This document shows, one piece after another, positions 35,578 to 45,837 of a stretch of 64,000 nucleotides of DNA. Below the pieces are notes generated by a model that was not told the origin of the DNA, did no database searches, and saw only the letters and a program-made list of their open reading frames with translations. The stretch comes from a virus (lineage: Duplodnaviria > Caudoviricetes), in IMG/VR virus record IMGVR_UViG_3300028284_000003, positions 32,001-96,000 of that record. One strand, 5' to 3'. The translations under genes were made by a program, and so were the position numbers. Positions within the stretch are counted from its first letter, which is position 1. Each line of letters starts with the position of its first letter.

Positions 35578-37539
35578 TTATCTTGAACTGCCGAATTTTT
35601 GTAAATCCAATGAAGGTATTGCATTGTCAATTATTAAAGCATGTTGGCTATCTCTAACAACATATTGATGTAATATATTTACATGTTGTTCCTCTTCAAT
35701 TGTTTTATCAAACATTCTAATATTGGTTACATTAAATTCACTTCCTCTAAGACTCCAATTAACATCAGTTTCCCAAATATGAGGTGATAATGTATCTAAA
35801 TTACCAGCAAATGCATGTTCTAATTCATTTTGGCCAGTTGGATCTGTAAAATTAGTTTGATCGTTTAATTTATAAATATATGCACTAACTTCTCCATATG
35901 TATTACTAACATTAACTACTACCCCATACCAAGTATCTTTACTTAAAATTATATTATGCTGAAAAGAATAATCTTGTTGATTTATAATAATTCTAATATA
36001 CATGTTAGAAAGACTAATAATTAATCCTTTATCTAATATATTAGTACCGTCTATTATTTCATGGTCAGTATTATCAGTTAAATTAAAAGTTTGACCAGGA
36101 TTAACCCAAAAAGTAAATGCTCTATTTTCATCTATTCCTAAATTAGACATTGCTTCATAAACAACACCAGGTGATTGAGATTCATCATTTAAGATAGTTG
36201 ACATATTATAATAGTTTCTTGTAATAACGGTCCATCTATTCTTAAGACTAATGTCATTTATTACAAGATCTTTATGTACAAATTTTCTAACACCATCCTG
36301 TGCTCTATGATGAGTACTTTGATATTGTTGTGGTTTTGTAACTTTGTCAAATTCCTCTTTTACCTCTTCGCCAAATATTTCTTCAACACCTTTAACTAAA
36401 TCGGTGAGATCTTCCTTAAATTCGCCATCATTAGTTGATGTTCTATTCTCAAATTTCTTTAGCATTACTCTAAAATAAGTAAGCTCTCTATTAAACTCAT
36501 CTGCAAGTGCAACTGAATTAACCTCATACATTCTATTATTAAAAGGAAAATATAAATAATCTCTTGCCCTTGGACTCTTATTTTCTCCAAATATGCTTCT
36601 AAATTCTTCACCAACTACATGCACTTCAAAGTCTTCAAAGCCCATTCCAAATATATCGAAACTGGCTGCTTCTGTTGGAAATTCATTATTTGGAACTAAA
36701 AGTTTCAATGATCCCTTTTCTATAACATCATATAATGAGTATTCATGTAATATAACGTCTTTACTTCTTACATTTGGTTCAACTCTATAATAAGTGACAT
36801 TGTGGCCATAAACATTATTTGCAAGATTTGAAAGACTTTTATAAAGATGTGCTGGTTTTTGTAAGCCATAAGGATTATATAAATTAGCAGCATCACATTC
36901 TACTATAATATTAGCACAGCCATCTAATTCAAAGGGTTCACAATCTACACACGTTTGTGGACATTCAACGACTGTTCCATCTTCATATTCTATCGTATAT
37001 GTAATACTTAAAAATATAAGTTTATGTAAAGGCTGTATGTCTTCAACTGTTGCTCTAATCTCTAACCATAATGGCATTGTATTATCAAAATTTATAGAAA
37101 GCAAATCTCCTACTAATGTGCCTTTATTTAGGGGATGCCACACACTATGCTCTCCTCCTTTTTCTATAACATCATTCTGACTCCACCTAAATTCATAACT
37201 AAAGTAGTTCCATTGGTCTGCTTTGATATAAAACGTAACATCTGTAAGATTAACTGTTGATGGACTTTGTAAAATTAAAGTTTCAGTATCAGGTGTGCTG
37301 TCAACTACAAATTCAAATCCACCTGCCAATATAATATCTCCATTATTTAAGTCTAAATTTGTGCCTAAACCTGTTACTGTAGAGCTGCCATCTATAAATG
37401 TTAGTTTTCCTACTGTGAATTCATTTGAAAATGCAGATTTGACTTCCCAATCAAGTACTTTATTAACCTTTAAATAAGGGTCTACTAATTTGGCAATAAT
37501 TTTATCATTAACCTCAGTTGCTATGTAACCTGTTACCAT
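35578..37539 (-). CDS. neck/head-closure protein (gp14-like) with extra N-terminal and C-terminal LamG-like domains
   Basis: YGHNVTYY, FG and P...DYLYFP..RMYEV gp14-like core; W...VV and NIRMFD LamG-like tail. Confidence 0.65.
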   Translation of the reverse strand: MVTGYIATEVNDKIIAKLVDPYLKVNKVLDWEVKSAFSNEFTVGKLTFIDGSSTVTGLGTNLDLNNGDIILAGGFEFVVDSTPDTETLILQSPSTVNLTDVTFYIKADQWNYFSYEFRWSQNDVIEKGGEHSVWHPLNKGTLVGDLLSINFDNTMPLWLEIRATVEDIQPLHKLIFLSITYTIEYEDGTVVECPQTCVDCEPFELDGCANIIVECDAANLYNPYGLQKPAHLYKSLSNLANNVYGHNVTYYRVEPNVRSKDVILHEYSLYDVIEKGSLKLLVPNNEFPTEAASFDIFGMGFEDFEVHVVGEEFRSIFGENKSPRARDYLYFPFNNRMYEVNSVALADEFNRELTYFRVMLKKFENRTSTNDGEFKEDLTDLVKGVEEIFGEEVKEEFDKVTKPQQYQSTHHRAQDGVRKFVHKDLVINDISLKNRWTVITRNYYNMSTILNDESQSPGVVYEAMSNLGIDENRAFTFWVNPGQTFNLTDNTDHEIIDGTNILDKGLIISLSNMYIRIIINQQDYSFQHNIILSKDTWYGVVVNVSNTYGEVSAYIYKLNDQTNFTDPTGQNELEHAFAGNLDTLSPHIWETDVNWSLRGSEFNVTNIRMFDKTIEEEQHVNILHQYVVRDSQHALIIDNAIPSLDLQKFGSSR

Positions 37540-37568
37540 ATTTTATTTATCTAATTTATTATATAGTT

Positions 37569-38078
37569 TTAATAAGGGCCTCCATGTATGTCTGAATCGT
37601 CATCTTCGTTATTATTTTCAAAATCAGTGTTAGGATCTTCATATAATTCATCACCATATAACGGTCTTTGAGTTCCATTACTGTAAGGATGCTGTGTATT
37701 TTCTTCAGTATCATGCGTATTGTTTTGATAATGTTGAGATTGATTGCCATAATAAGGACTATGGGTTCCATATCCCTCATCACTAGAGGGTCCATATTGT
37801 CTATTGTATTCACCATGTGATGAATCATAATATTCTTCATCTCCTGAAACCCCTGACTTTCTACTAAACTTTTCAGCTGTTGCAAAACCTAAACCGGCGC
37901 CTGCTAACCATAACATGCCCTCAAACATATACTCCTTTAAAGGAAGTTCTATAAATATATTTGCGACAAAGGCAATTGTTATTAAAAGAAAAGAAATTAA
38001 GGTTATAAGTCTTTTAGAAGATGGTTGACCATCTACGTCCATTAGTATTTTTTCTAGATAAGATTTTTCTTTAGACAT
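37569..38078 (-). CDS. holin-like 2-TM protein with acidic tail
   Basis: SSKRL followed by two TM helices; late motif at 38098-38106. Confidence 0.5.
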   Translation of the reverse strand: MSKEKSYLEKILMDVDGQPSSKRLITLISFLLITIAFVANIFIELPLKEYMFEGMLWLAGAGLGFATAEKFSRKSGVSGDEEYYDSSHGEYNRQYGPSSDEGYGTHSPYYGNQSQHYQNNTHDTEENTQHPYSNGTQRPLYGDELYEDPNTDFENNNEDDDSDIHGGPY

Positions 38079-38097
38079 TTAACAAAACTTCTTTTTG

Positions 38098-38736
38098 CTA
38101 TATATCTTCTAAATAATCAGTAATTATTAAAGCTTCTGGATTATCTTCATACCAATAATCGAATTCTTGTAAAATTCTATCACAGACATTTTTTACATTT
38201 TCATCATTGTCTGTGCTGAGTTTTTCAAGTCTATCTGAAAGTACTTTTAATTTTACTAAAGAATAGTTTAATGTTTTTATGCAACCTACTTCTTTTAAAA
38301 CGTAATTAACAAACTCCATGTCCTTTTCTTTAAAAAAGTCAAAAGTTCTATAACTTCCTCTAACTACTTTAAATACAAAGTTTAATGTTTTTTCTCCAGT
38401 TGTTTTATTTTCATTTATTCTAGTAAATTCATGGTTTTTTGAATATTCAATTTGAAACCACCTTAGGTTAGGCATCTCATCTAATATTTTTTTAAGAAAA
38501 TATACGGTATTTGCCCTTTTATGTAAAATTTCATTTGGAATTAAAGGTATACTATCTAATTCCTTTTTAAAATACAAATGCAATAACTTATCAATGTCTT
38601 TTTTCCTAACAATAATACTACCTTGATGTTGTTTTATTTTACAATTATCAATAATCAATGTATAAAGTCTGTTATCTATGGAATTATATTTATAAAGTGT
38701 CGCGGCTATTACTTCCGGAAATAAATACCTAGGCAT
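38098..38736 (-). CDS. hypothetical protein
   Basis: 212-aa coupled ORF. Confidence 0.65.
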   Translation of the reverse strand: MPRYLFPEVIAATLYKYNSIDNRLYTLIIDNCKIKQHQGSIIVRKKDIDKLLHLYFKKELDSIPLIPNEILHKRANTVYFLKKILDEMPNLRWFQIEYSKNHEFTRINENKTTGEKTLNFVFKVVRGSYRTFDFFKEKDMEFVNYVLKEVGCIKTLNYSLVKLKVLSDRLEKLSTDNDENVKNVCDRILQEFDYWYEDNPEALIITDYLEDI

Positions 38737-39154
38737 AAACTTTTATTTGATTTTCTAATTTTTTAAGGTCTGTATAAAACTGTTCTTTATTAAACTCTTT
38801 TAGTTCTTCTACTTCTCTCTTACCAATTTCGTTTTTTTCCATATAAAATCTTAAAGCTTCATCAGATGGCTGATATTTTTCTTTAACATTTTTATTAGAA
38901 CTCTTTGTTCTAGTATATATCCAACCTGGTACTTTATTAAAACGACTTGCAACCATTTGCCAAGAATCAATTACTTTACTTCCATTAATGCCATTAAAAT
39001 TAAATAATTGTGCATTTGCTGGAAACTTAATTGACATAAAACGATTAATCATAAAATGATGTCTCTTTTTAGAAGATTCTTTTACATTTGCATAACTATC
39101 TCTCTTTGTAAACATGATTTTTACAAAGTCAAAAAGTTTAGTTTCATCTAACAT
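38729..39154 (-). CDS. clamp loader small subunit (gp62-like)
   Basis: FMINRFMS motif; in the clamp-loader operon. Confidence 0.6.
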   Translation of the reverse strand: MLDETKLFDFVKIMFTKRDSYANVKESSKKRHHFMINRFMSIKFPANAQLFNFNGINGSKVIDSWQMVASRFNKVPGWIYTRTKSSNKNVKEKYQPSDEALRFYMEKNEIGKREVEELKEFNKEQFYTDLKKLENQIKVYA

Positions 39155-39155
39155 A

Positions 39156-40388
39156 TTAAAAAAGTTTAGTGTTTGTTTTCTTACCTACTAGTTTTAACTT
39201 CTTTTTCTCTTTTGTTTCAGGAATATTTGCAAAGGCATCATATTGCTTTGGTGTTTGACTAACCTTTAGCCAACCTGTACCTTCTAAGATTTTTTCTTTA
39301 TTAGTCAATTGAGAAAGATCTGTACCTTCTAATACTTTTAATTCTGATTCTACACTTGAATATATTTCATTTTGAATTGCATCTGGAATAACTTTAGTAT
39401 GCAACATCATTAGACTCATATTCTGTGAGATGTTATTTTTAATTTGTGCAATTGATGATTTACCTATAACTCTATAAACTACATCTGCAAGTTTTTCTAT
39501 TTCATCTTTATTAAACAATTGATCGATAACGAATTGACTATTTTCTTTATTATATTGTTGAAATATTTTATCTGCAAGTTTATCTGTAATTGAATATGTT
39601 CTAAGTTTGCCGCCTTTCATTTCTTTCTGCCATAACACAACTGATGGGATATTATCTGACTTATCGCCAATCAATAGCTTATTAAACATAAATTCGTCGC
39701 AATTAACTTCTGTTAATTTAACTTTATTAGATTGAATCCAATCTTTAATTGCAATTTTATATTCTTCTCTAACACCTGAGTATGTAGATAGATTAAATAA
39801 TAAGTCATCTGTGTTAGTTGTTTCAGATGTGTCTAAGACATTAATAAAATCCTTGAAACAATATAGACTTTTCTGTACTGGAGAATACCACAGGGAATAA
39901 GAATCATTAGCCTTTGAATAGTTAACAAGCTGAATAAGATCTTTATCGCCAGTCCATATGATAGAATTACGACCTTTATTAATAAGTAGGGTTGACCAGC
40001 CAAATAATACATCGTCTGCTTCTGCACCTTCTATTTTATGTACAACTACGCCGTGTTTTTGTAAGATGTTTTGAAATTCTTCATATACTCCATAGACTGC
40101 ATTCCAATCTATAGAACTATCTGCTTTTCTTGTGCCTTTATATTCTGCAGTTGGAAATAAATCTTTACGCCAGCTTCTTGCATCTACTGCAACAACAACT
40201 TTATCTATAAAGCCACGCATTTTTCTTACTTCTGATGCAAGATCAATTGCAAGTTTTCTCATCAGTGAAGCACGAGATGCTTCATCTTCTAACATTACGC
40301 CATTTTTTGGTCTTGGTAAAACAAAGAGGCGACTATGTAAAAAATAGTTACCGTCAATAAGTAATGTATGTCCGCCTTTTCTCATCAT
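39156..40388 (-). CDS. rnh: RNase H / 5'-3' exonuclease (T4 rnh-like)
   Basis: LIDGNY, SWRK..YKGTR, EADD, DKDLIQL and GDKSDNIP motifs. Confidence 0.9.
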   Translation of the reverse strand: MMRKGGHTLLIDGNYFLHSRLFVLPRPKNGVMLEDEASRASLMRKLAIDLASEVRKMRGFIDKVVVAVDARSWRKDLFPTAEYKGTRKADSSIDWNAVYGVYEEFQNILQKHGVVVHKIEGAEADDVLFGWSTLLINKGRNSIIWTGDKDLIQLVNYSKANDSYSLWYSPVQKSLYCFKDFINVLDTSETTNTDDLLFNLSTYSGVREEYKIAIKDWIQSNKVKLTEVNCDEFMFNKLLIGDKSDNIPSVVLWQKEMKGGKLRTYSITDKLADKIFQQYNKENSQFVIDQLFNKDEIEKLADVVYRVIGKSSIAQIKNNISQNMSLMMLHTKVIPDAIQNEIYSSVESELKVLEGTDLSQLTNKEKILEGTGWLKVSQTPKQYDAFANIPETKEKKKLKLVGKKTNTKLF

Positions 40389-40391
40389 AAT

Positions 40392-41351
40392 TTAATTTTT
40401 TCTAATTATTTCTTGTATCTTATACACAAGTGAAAGCATTGTAATAACAGGATCAATAACATGTAACCTTTGTGCCTGGTGCTTTGCTACTTCTACTACA
40501 ATTTCAGGAATGTGATTTGCACTTTGTGCCTTTTCCTGTTGAATGTATTCGATGAAGTCTTCACCTAAGCTTTGTAACACATCATCTACTCTATTAGAAT
40601 AATTGCTTACTAATATTTTATAGTTACTAACAGGATTTGTTTCATTAAATATTAATTCAAATACATCTTTATAAACTGAATTAAATCTTTTAACATCTGC
40701 TACCTTAATTTCTGTAGTTCCTTGTGCCTTAAACCCTTGTAACTTATTTAATGTACTTCTTAAATCTGGAAAATTTCTTCTTACAAATTCAAGTAGAGCA
40801 GCTTTATCGATTGACATTTCTTCTTTTGTGCAAATCTCATAAACTCTTCTCATGTATTTTTTAGTTAATTCAGCCTCTTCTTCTTTGTCAAAGTCAAAGT
40901 TAATTACTTCAAATCTTGAAAGTATAGGATCTGGTAATTTATTAATGTAATTACAAGTGGCTATAAATCTACTATTTGATGCGAATGTTTCCATAGTCGC
41001 ACGCAATGCTTTAAAAAACTGATCACTAACACCATCTACCTCATCAAGTATTACAACCTTCATAGAACTTGGTCCATCCATAATTGAAACAGTTGAACAA
41101 AAATCTGTAATTCTTGTTCTAATAACATCTACTGATGTATCGGTTGATGCGTTAATATAAAGATACGGCATATTGAATTGATTAACAATAGCCTTTGCAG
41201 TAGAAGTTTTACCAGTACCTGGAGAACCAGCTAATAAAACGTTTTGAACTAAGCCATCTTTGAATTTGGCCATAACTCTTTCTGGTAAAATAAGTTCTGA
41301 TAGATTACTAGGTCTATATTTTTCTGTGAATAGTTGTTGAACTGCTTGCAT
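40392..41351 (-). CDS. clamp loader large subunit (gp44)
   Basis: EKYRP, GSPGTGKTS, LDEVD, SRF and FPDLR motifs. Confidence 0.93.
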   Translation of the reverse strand: MQAVQQLFTEKYRPSNLSELILPERVMAKFKDGLVQNVLLAGSPGTGKTSTAKAIVNQFNMPYLYINASTDTSVDVIRTRITDFCSTVSIMDGPSSMKVVILDEVDGVSDQFFKALRATMETFASNSRFIATCNYINKLPDPILSRFEVINFDFDKEEEAELTKKYMRRVYEICTKEEMSIDKAALLEFVRRNFPDLRSTLNKLQGFKAQGTTEIKVADVKRFNSVYKDVFELIFNETNPVSNYKILVSNYSNRVDDVLQSLGEDFIEYIQQEKAQSANHIPEIVVEVAKHQAQRLHVIDPVITMLSLVYKIQEIIRKN

Positions 41352-41369
41352 TTATTTTTTGTTTAATTA

Positions 41370-41395
41370 TTATATGATTTATTAGTGATTTGTTT
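41370..41395 (-). promoter_or_regulatory. middle promoter for the clamp-loader operon
   Basis: GAAAC-AAATCACTAATAAATC-ATATAA. Confidence 0.75.
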
Positions 41396-41657
41396 CTTCA
41401 CAAACGATGCATCCGTTGTTTTTACAAGCTCCACAATCTACTACCTTACCCGCTTTATTTGCATGGTTAATTATTTCATTCCAAATTTTTTGAGTTTCTG
41501 ATTTATAATTTGGTTGTTTCCAGAAAGGAGCTAGCCATTTTGGATTGTTTACCATTTCTTGATTACATTCGAATTGTTTAGTCTTATTTAATTCACTGTA
41601 GTGTTTATTAAATAATTCTAAAGCTACTTTATCGACGGTTGTATTTTTATTATGCAT
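41382..41657 (-). CDS. hypothetical early protein with C-terminal Cys cluster
   Basis: CGAC....CIVC; directly behind an early repeat. Confidence 0.6.
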   Translation of the reverse strand: MHNKNTTVDKVALELFNKHYSELNKTKQFECNQEMVNNPKWLAPFWKQPNYKSETQKIWNEIINHANKAGKVVDCGACKNNGCIVCEETNH

Positions 41658-41670
41658 TATTAAGTTTTAA

Positions 41671-41746
41671 TTATAATACTAATATAACTATAATCTTTGA
41701 CCCGTGAAAATTTTGAGGCAATTTTTTCAGAAAGTTATGAACAATT
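41671..41746 (-). promoter_or_regulatory. early-promoter repeat, isolated in the core region
   Basis: same element as 13235-13309. Confidence 0.75.
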
Positions 41747-42236
41747 ATGGATTTTTTCCCTTTTTAATTATTCTCATAAATTCCTTCTGTTCTTCTAATA
41801 AGAGTTTTTTGCAGTATTTACGAAATTCAACACTACTTTTAAGTATACGACTATCTACCATCGGTGCTTCAAGCACATCAAGGTACTCGGGGTGTATAAA
41901 ATTTTCTAGACTGAAATTATTAAACTTAGATTGAATGGGTTTCATACTGATTGCACAAGTCCATTCTACAGTATCATAAGATTCCACTAAGTCGTCCATT
42001 GGAACTGGCGTCTCTGTCGTGCAGTCAAAATAAAGTTTATTTCTTTTTGTACTATTCTTAAGTTTGAGATTATTTGACTCTATTCTAATTATTTGTTCGA
42101 GGAATTGAACATCGTTTGCCCATTCATTTAGGCTTCTATTTTCTATTAGAAATTGTCTGATACTCCTAGGAAGCCCATCGAGTTTTATACCATATCGATG
42201 GGCTTGTTTAGGATTGTTTGATTTTTGAATTTTCAA
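41745..42236 (-). CDS. hypothetical protein
   Basis: 163-aa ORF, TTG start. Confidence 0.65.
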   Translation of the reverse strand: MKIQKSNNPKQAHRYGIKLDGLPRSIRQFLIENRSLNEWANDVQFLEQIIRIESNNLKLKNSTKRNKLYFDCTTETPVPMDDLVESYDTVEWTCAISMKPIQSKFNNFSLENFIHPEYLDVLEAPMVDSRILKSSVEFRKYCKKLLLEEQKEFMRIIKKGKNP

Positions 42237-42242
42237 AAGATT

Positions 42243-42695
42243 CTACTTTTCTTTTCTTTCTTTTTTAGAAGGCTTTTCTTTTCTTGGCTTTTCTTCTTTA
42301 ACCTTTTCTGGTTTATCAGTTACAACCGTAGACTGCGCAGCTCTGTTAAGAGTAGGTTTGTCTTCTTTTTCTTTAAGGATAGCTGGCTTCTCAGGTCTCA
42401 TAGTATTATTAGTAGATTGAGTAGCTCTATTAGTTATAACTTTTCCTTTTCCTTTTTCAACAGTAACTTCTGGTCTATTAGTTACAGTCGTAGATTGAGT
42501 AGCTCTATTTGTTGAGTTACTACCTGTAGGTCTAATAGATACTGGCGTAGTTGTTTTAATTTCTTTTTCAACTATAACAGAACTGTTAGTTCCTTTTGTA
42601 TTTTTAATAGGTTTAGTGTTTTTGTGTCCTTTTTCTTGTGCAGAAATTGAAACAATTGCCAAAAACAGTATACCTGTGATTATTGATTTTTTCAT
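42243..42695 (-). CDS. exported low-complexity protein with three NRA(T/A)QST repeats
   Basis: Sec-type signal peptide MKKSIITGILFLAIVSISA; middle promoter at 42721-42746. Confidence 0.65.
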   Translation of the reverse strand: MKKSIITGILFLAIVSISAQEKGHKNTKPIKNTKGTNSSVIVEKEIKTTTPVSIRPTGSNSTNRATQSTTVTNRPEVTVEKGKGKVITNRATQSTNNTMRPEKPAILKEKEDKPTLNRAAQSTVVTDKPEKVKEEKPRKEKPSKKERKEK

Positions 42696-42783
42696 ATTTG
42701 TGTGTTTAATTTAACTATTATTATATGATAATTAAATAAATTGTTTCAAATATTTTTACCTTTTCAATATATGCTCTTGTTTT

Positions 42784-43401
42784 TTATTTCCAAGACCATA
42801 ATCTATTTTCTGGAGTATCATGAATTACAATAGTATCTTCCGTTATTTTAGTATCGTAAAAGCTTTTATAATTAAATAAAGAAACATCTGGCCCTAAACA
42901 TTCAAACATTTTATCAGAAATTGCTCTTCCTCCCCATGCCCAATCTACATTTTTGTAAATAGATAAAACTTCTTTGATAATTCTAGAATCTTTAGAGGCT
43001 CCCATAACAGTACAGTCAATAAGTGCTCCTCTTTTCTCTTCTATGCTCTTAGGTCTTACTCCACCAAAAAATGAAGTATTTTCATTAATATTTTCAATAA
43101 TATTATTAAATGATCTTATAGGATTTGCATCTACATCTACGTAAACTCCACCAAAATCTCTTAAGATTAATAATCTTGCTCTATCTGCGATATGTGCTGG
43201 TTTAAAATGAGTATCGACGTCTTTCCAATAACTTTGTAAAAATTTATCTTCTTTATAATGAATTTTAAATATATCATCATTTGTCCATAATTTATATTCC
43301 CAATCAGGGTGCAAATTATACATACGTTCCATAAATAATTTGCACTTTTCAGGAATTGGAGAATTGCCAATCCAAATTTGATGAATTTTCTTAGGTATCA
43401 T
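42784..43401 (-). CDS. glycosyltransferase, GT32/DXD sugar-binding family
   Basis: IPKKIHQIWIG, AD.AR..IL...GGVYVDVD; probable start at MIPK (43401). Confidence 0.88.
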   Translation of the reverse strand: MIPKKIHQIWIGNSPIPEKCKLFMERMYNLHPDWEYKLWTNDDIFKIHYKEDKFLQSYWKDVDTHFKPAHIADRARLLILRDFGGVYVDVDANPIRSFNNIIENINENTSFFGGVRPKSIEEKRGALIDCTVMGASKDSRIIKEVLSIYKNVDWAWGGRAISDKMFECLGPDVSLFNYKSFYDTKITEDTIVIHDTPENRLWSWK

Positions 43402-43408
43402 TTTAGTC

Positions 43409-44287
43409 TTAAATAATAGGAGCTTGTCTTCCTGAACCATCAAATTGTGATTCATTATATCCTGATCCTGTATCTATTCCACCTGATTTAACTTCTGGTT
43501 TGTGGAAAACAACAGCATTTCCTTCAGGGTCTTTAATAGTTTTCTTATCTGATCCTTCAGAACCTTCACCTTGTTTAAAACCTTGTTTAATCAATGCTTC
43601 CTTTTGTTGTTTAAATTTTTCTTTAGCCATTTCTTCCTTACTTGGACCTTCGCTTTGAAGTTCTTTAGCAGCTGAAATTTCTTCTTTATAATCTTGATTT
43701 AATTTACCAATTTGTTGCTTAAGATTTGACTTTTGGTCTGGATCATCTGATAAACCTGTTTTTCTTTTAATAGCACCTAATTTACCTTCAATTCTAGTCA
43801 TGTTTTTAACCTTTTGAGAATATGTACTACCGTTTTGATTTTGATACGTGTCTATAGATTTTTCTAAATCATCAATATTTTTACCTAAATCCTTCGCTTT
43901 AGTTTGCATTGTCTTTTTCTTTTCTGCAGGCGCATTTGCTACTGCAAAATCTAGATCTACTTTATTAAGTCTAATCTTATTAGCTTTCTTTTGTAGTTTT
44001 CTAACTTTAGGAGCAACTATCATAAAATCTTTAAGTTTTTTCATAGTTGTTTCGTCCTTTTCATCTAATCCCATATAATAATCACTAAGTGATTCATTCA
44101 TATTAGTTTCTAAATCTTTTAATTTAGCTAGTATTGTATCTATTTCAGATGAGACGTCTGTATTAGTGTCTGATGCTATAGAGTCTGTTTCATTTTCAAC
44201 AGCTACCGAATCTACCATATTAGATGTTAAATCATTTGAAAATTCTTCAAATGATTTTAAGCTTTCGTTTAAAATTAATTTTTTCAT
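43409..44287 (-). CDS. putative head-internal protein
   Basis: downstream of MCP; late motif at 44321-44329; leader LNESLKSFEEF. Confidence 0.55.
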   Translation of the reverse strand: MKKLILNESLKSFEEFSNDLTSNMVDSVAVENETDSIASDTNTDVSSEIDTILAKLKDLETNMNESLSDYYMGLDEKDETTMKKLKDFMIVAPKVRKLQKKANKIRLNKVDLDFAVANAPAEKKKTMQTKAKDLGKNIDDLEKSIDTYQNQNGSTYSQKVKNMTRIEGKLGAIKRKTGLSDDPDQKSNLKQQIGKLNQDYKEEISAAKELQSEGPSKEEMAKEKFKQQKEALIKQGFKQGEGSEGSDKKTIKDPEGNAVVFHKPEVKSGGIDTGSGYNESQFDGSGRQAPII

Positions 44288-44344
44288 TTTATTTTTGATT
44301 TTTATTTATAATCGTATAATCTATATATCCTTTAAAAAAATGTA

Positions 44345-44377
44345 AAAAAAAAGGATTCTAATTTCTTAGAATCCTTA
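44345..44377 (-). terminator. intrinsic terminator after the major capsid gene
   Basis: AAGGATTCTAAGAAATTAGAATCCTTTTTTTTT on the minus strand. Confidence 0.85.
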
Positions 44378-44403
44378 ATTTATTGTTTACTAATTAGTGA
44401 TTA

Positions 44404-45837
44404 TTAAGCTATGTTAATCATGTCACCTGCAGCACCGTTAACAGTAATATCAAATGATGCATATTGTGTTTCAGGGTGGAACCCTGCAGCAACTAATGCA
44501 AATCTTGATTTAACAGCTACTTTAGGAGCCATAGTTCCTTCAGCAATTGTTTGTACTGATTCAGCCATTAAGTAAGGCATGAATACAAGACCTGGACCAT
44601 TACCATCACCTTTTCTACCAACTAATACAGTTGCTTCAGACCAAGCCCATTTTGGGTTAGTATAAACCTGTACACCTGCAACAGAACCAACTGGGTAAAT
44701 AGCACCAGCAGCTTGAGTAGCTGTGTTAGCGAATGGGTTAGGTACGAAACCAGCAACAGCTTGAATTAATGTAGCAACTTGTGGTCCTACAACCGCAAAG
44801 TTACCTGCACCTCTTCTACCTCTGTTTGCGATCAAGTTAGCCGCAGCTAAAATTCCTGTTAGTACTCTTCTATGTTCAGAACCTTCAGTTTGACCACCAG
44901 CAGCTGGAGTAATTAAATCAACGTTTAAAGAAATACCAGATTTAGTCATGTTATCACCAGCTAAAGTTTCTATTTCTTCAATAATTAAATCATTGATAGT
45001 TTGTGTTAATTCGTTAGTTAAAACTGCCTCAACTTGAGCAACAGCATCAACACCGAATTGTTTTAAATCTTGAACTTGTTCTCTTGTAACTGCAGCAGCA
45101 ACTTGGTAAGTTTTTGCTTCAATTGCTTTAGAGAATAAAGATAGACCCATTACTTTATCAGCAGTAGATTCACCTGTAGTTCTATCAAATGGTTGACCAT
45201 TATCTTGACCAACAAATCCTGGGATGTGATCGTTTAATGCAGCAACTAACTCAACGTTAGAATATCCTGCAGCAGTAAAATCAGCAGCAACGTTTGCAGC
45301 AACTAATGTACCTACTTTAAAGATTGGTTTTCCATCTATTCTAGATTCTGCAACGTATGTGTGAGCACCGTTACCTGCACCAGCTGTAATATCAGCTGAA
45401 GCACCTGTTGCTTTTACATAAGTTGGAGCCTCTGCATTATCTAATTTACCACCTTCATATACGAAGTCTAAGTAAGATAAAAGACCCATAGGACCAGCCA
45501 TTGGTACGACAGGAACTAAATCTAAACCGATTGTTTGTGCTGCAACTTGCATCGCTAAAGGAAGTAAAGTTGGAGCTTTGTCACCTGAACCATCTGCAGT
45601 ACCTGCAGCTCCGATACCACCAAAATCAGATGGGAATGCTACTGCACCCATACCACCGATATTCATAGGACCTGGATTGTTTGAAAGTGACATGATGTTT
45701 GCGTCTTCATAAAGTTTGTGATTATGACAGTACTCAGACATCCATGCTAATTTTGAAGCTTCGTTGATACCAGTAGCGCTCTCGATAATTGGAGACCATG
45801 TTGCTCTGATTTCAGCTTCATTTATTAAATTTGCCAT
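44404..45837 (-). CDS. major capsid protein (gp23-like)
   Basis: W.PIIE, DLVPVVPMAGPMG, QDLK..GVDA, RRGAGNF, FMPY, KSRF; start MANLINEA at 45837. Confidence 0.93.
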   Translation of the reverse strand: MANLINEAEIRATWSPIIESATGINEASKLAWMSEYCHNHKLYEDANIMSLSNNPGPMNIGGMGAVAFPSDFGGIGAAGTADGSGDKAPTLLPLAMQVAAQTIGLDLVPVVPMAGPMGLLSYLDFVYEGGKLDNAEAPTYVKATGASADITAGAGNGAHTYVAESRIDGKPIFKVGTLVAANVAADFTAAGYSNVELVAALNDHIPGFVGQDNGQPFDRTTGESTADKVMGLSLFSKAIEAKTYQVAAAVTREQVQDLKQFGVDAVAQVEAVLTNELTQTINDLIIEEIETLAGDNMTKSGISLNVDLITPAAGGQTEGSEHRRVLTGILAAANLIANRGRRGAGNFAVVGPQVATLIQAVAGFVPNPFANTATQAAGAIYPVGSVAGVQVYTNPKWAWSEATVLVGRKGDGNGPGLVFMPYLMAESVQTIAEGTMAPKVAVKSRFALVAAGFHPETQYASFDITVNGAAGDMINIA

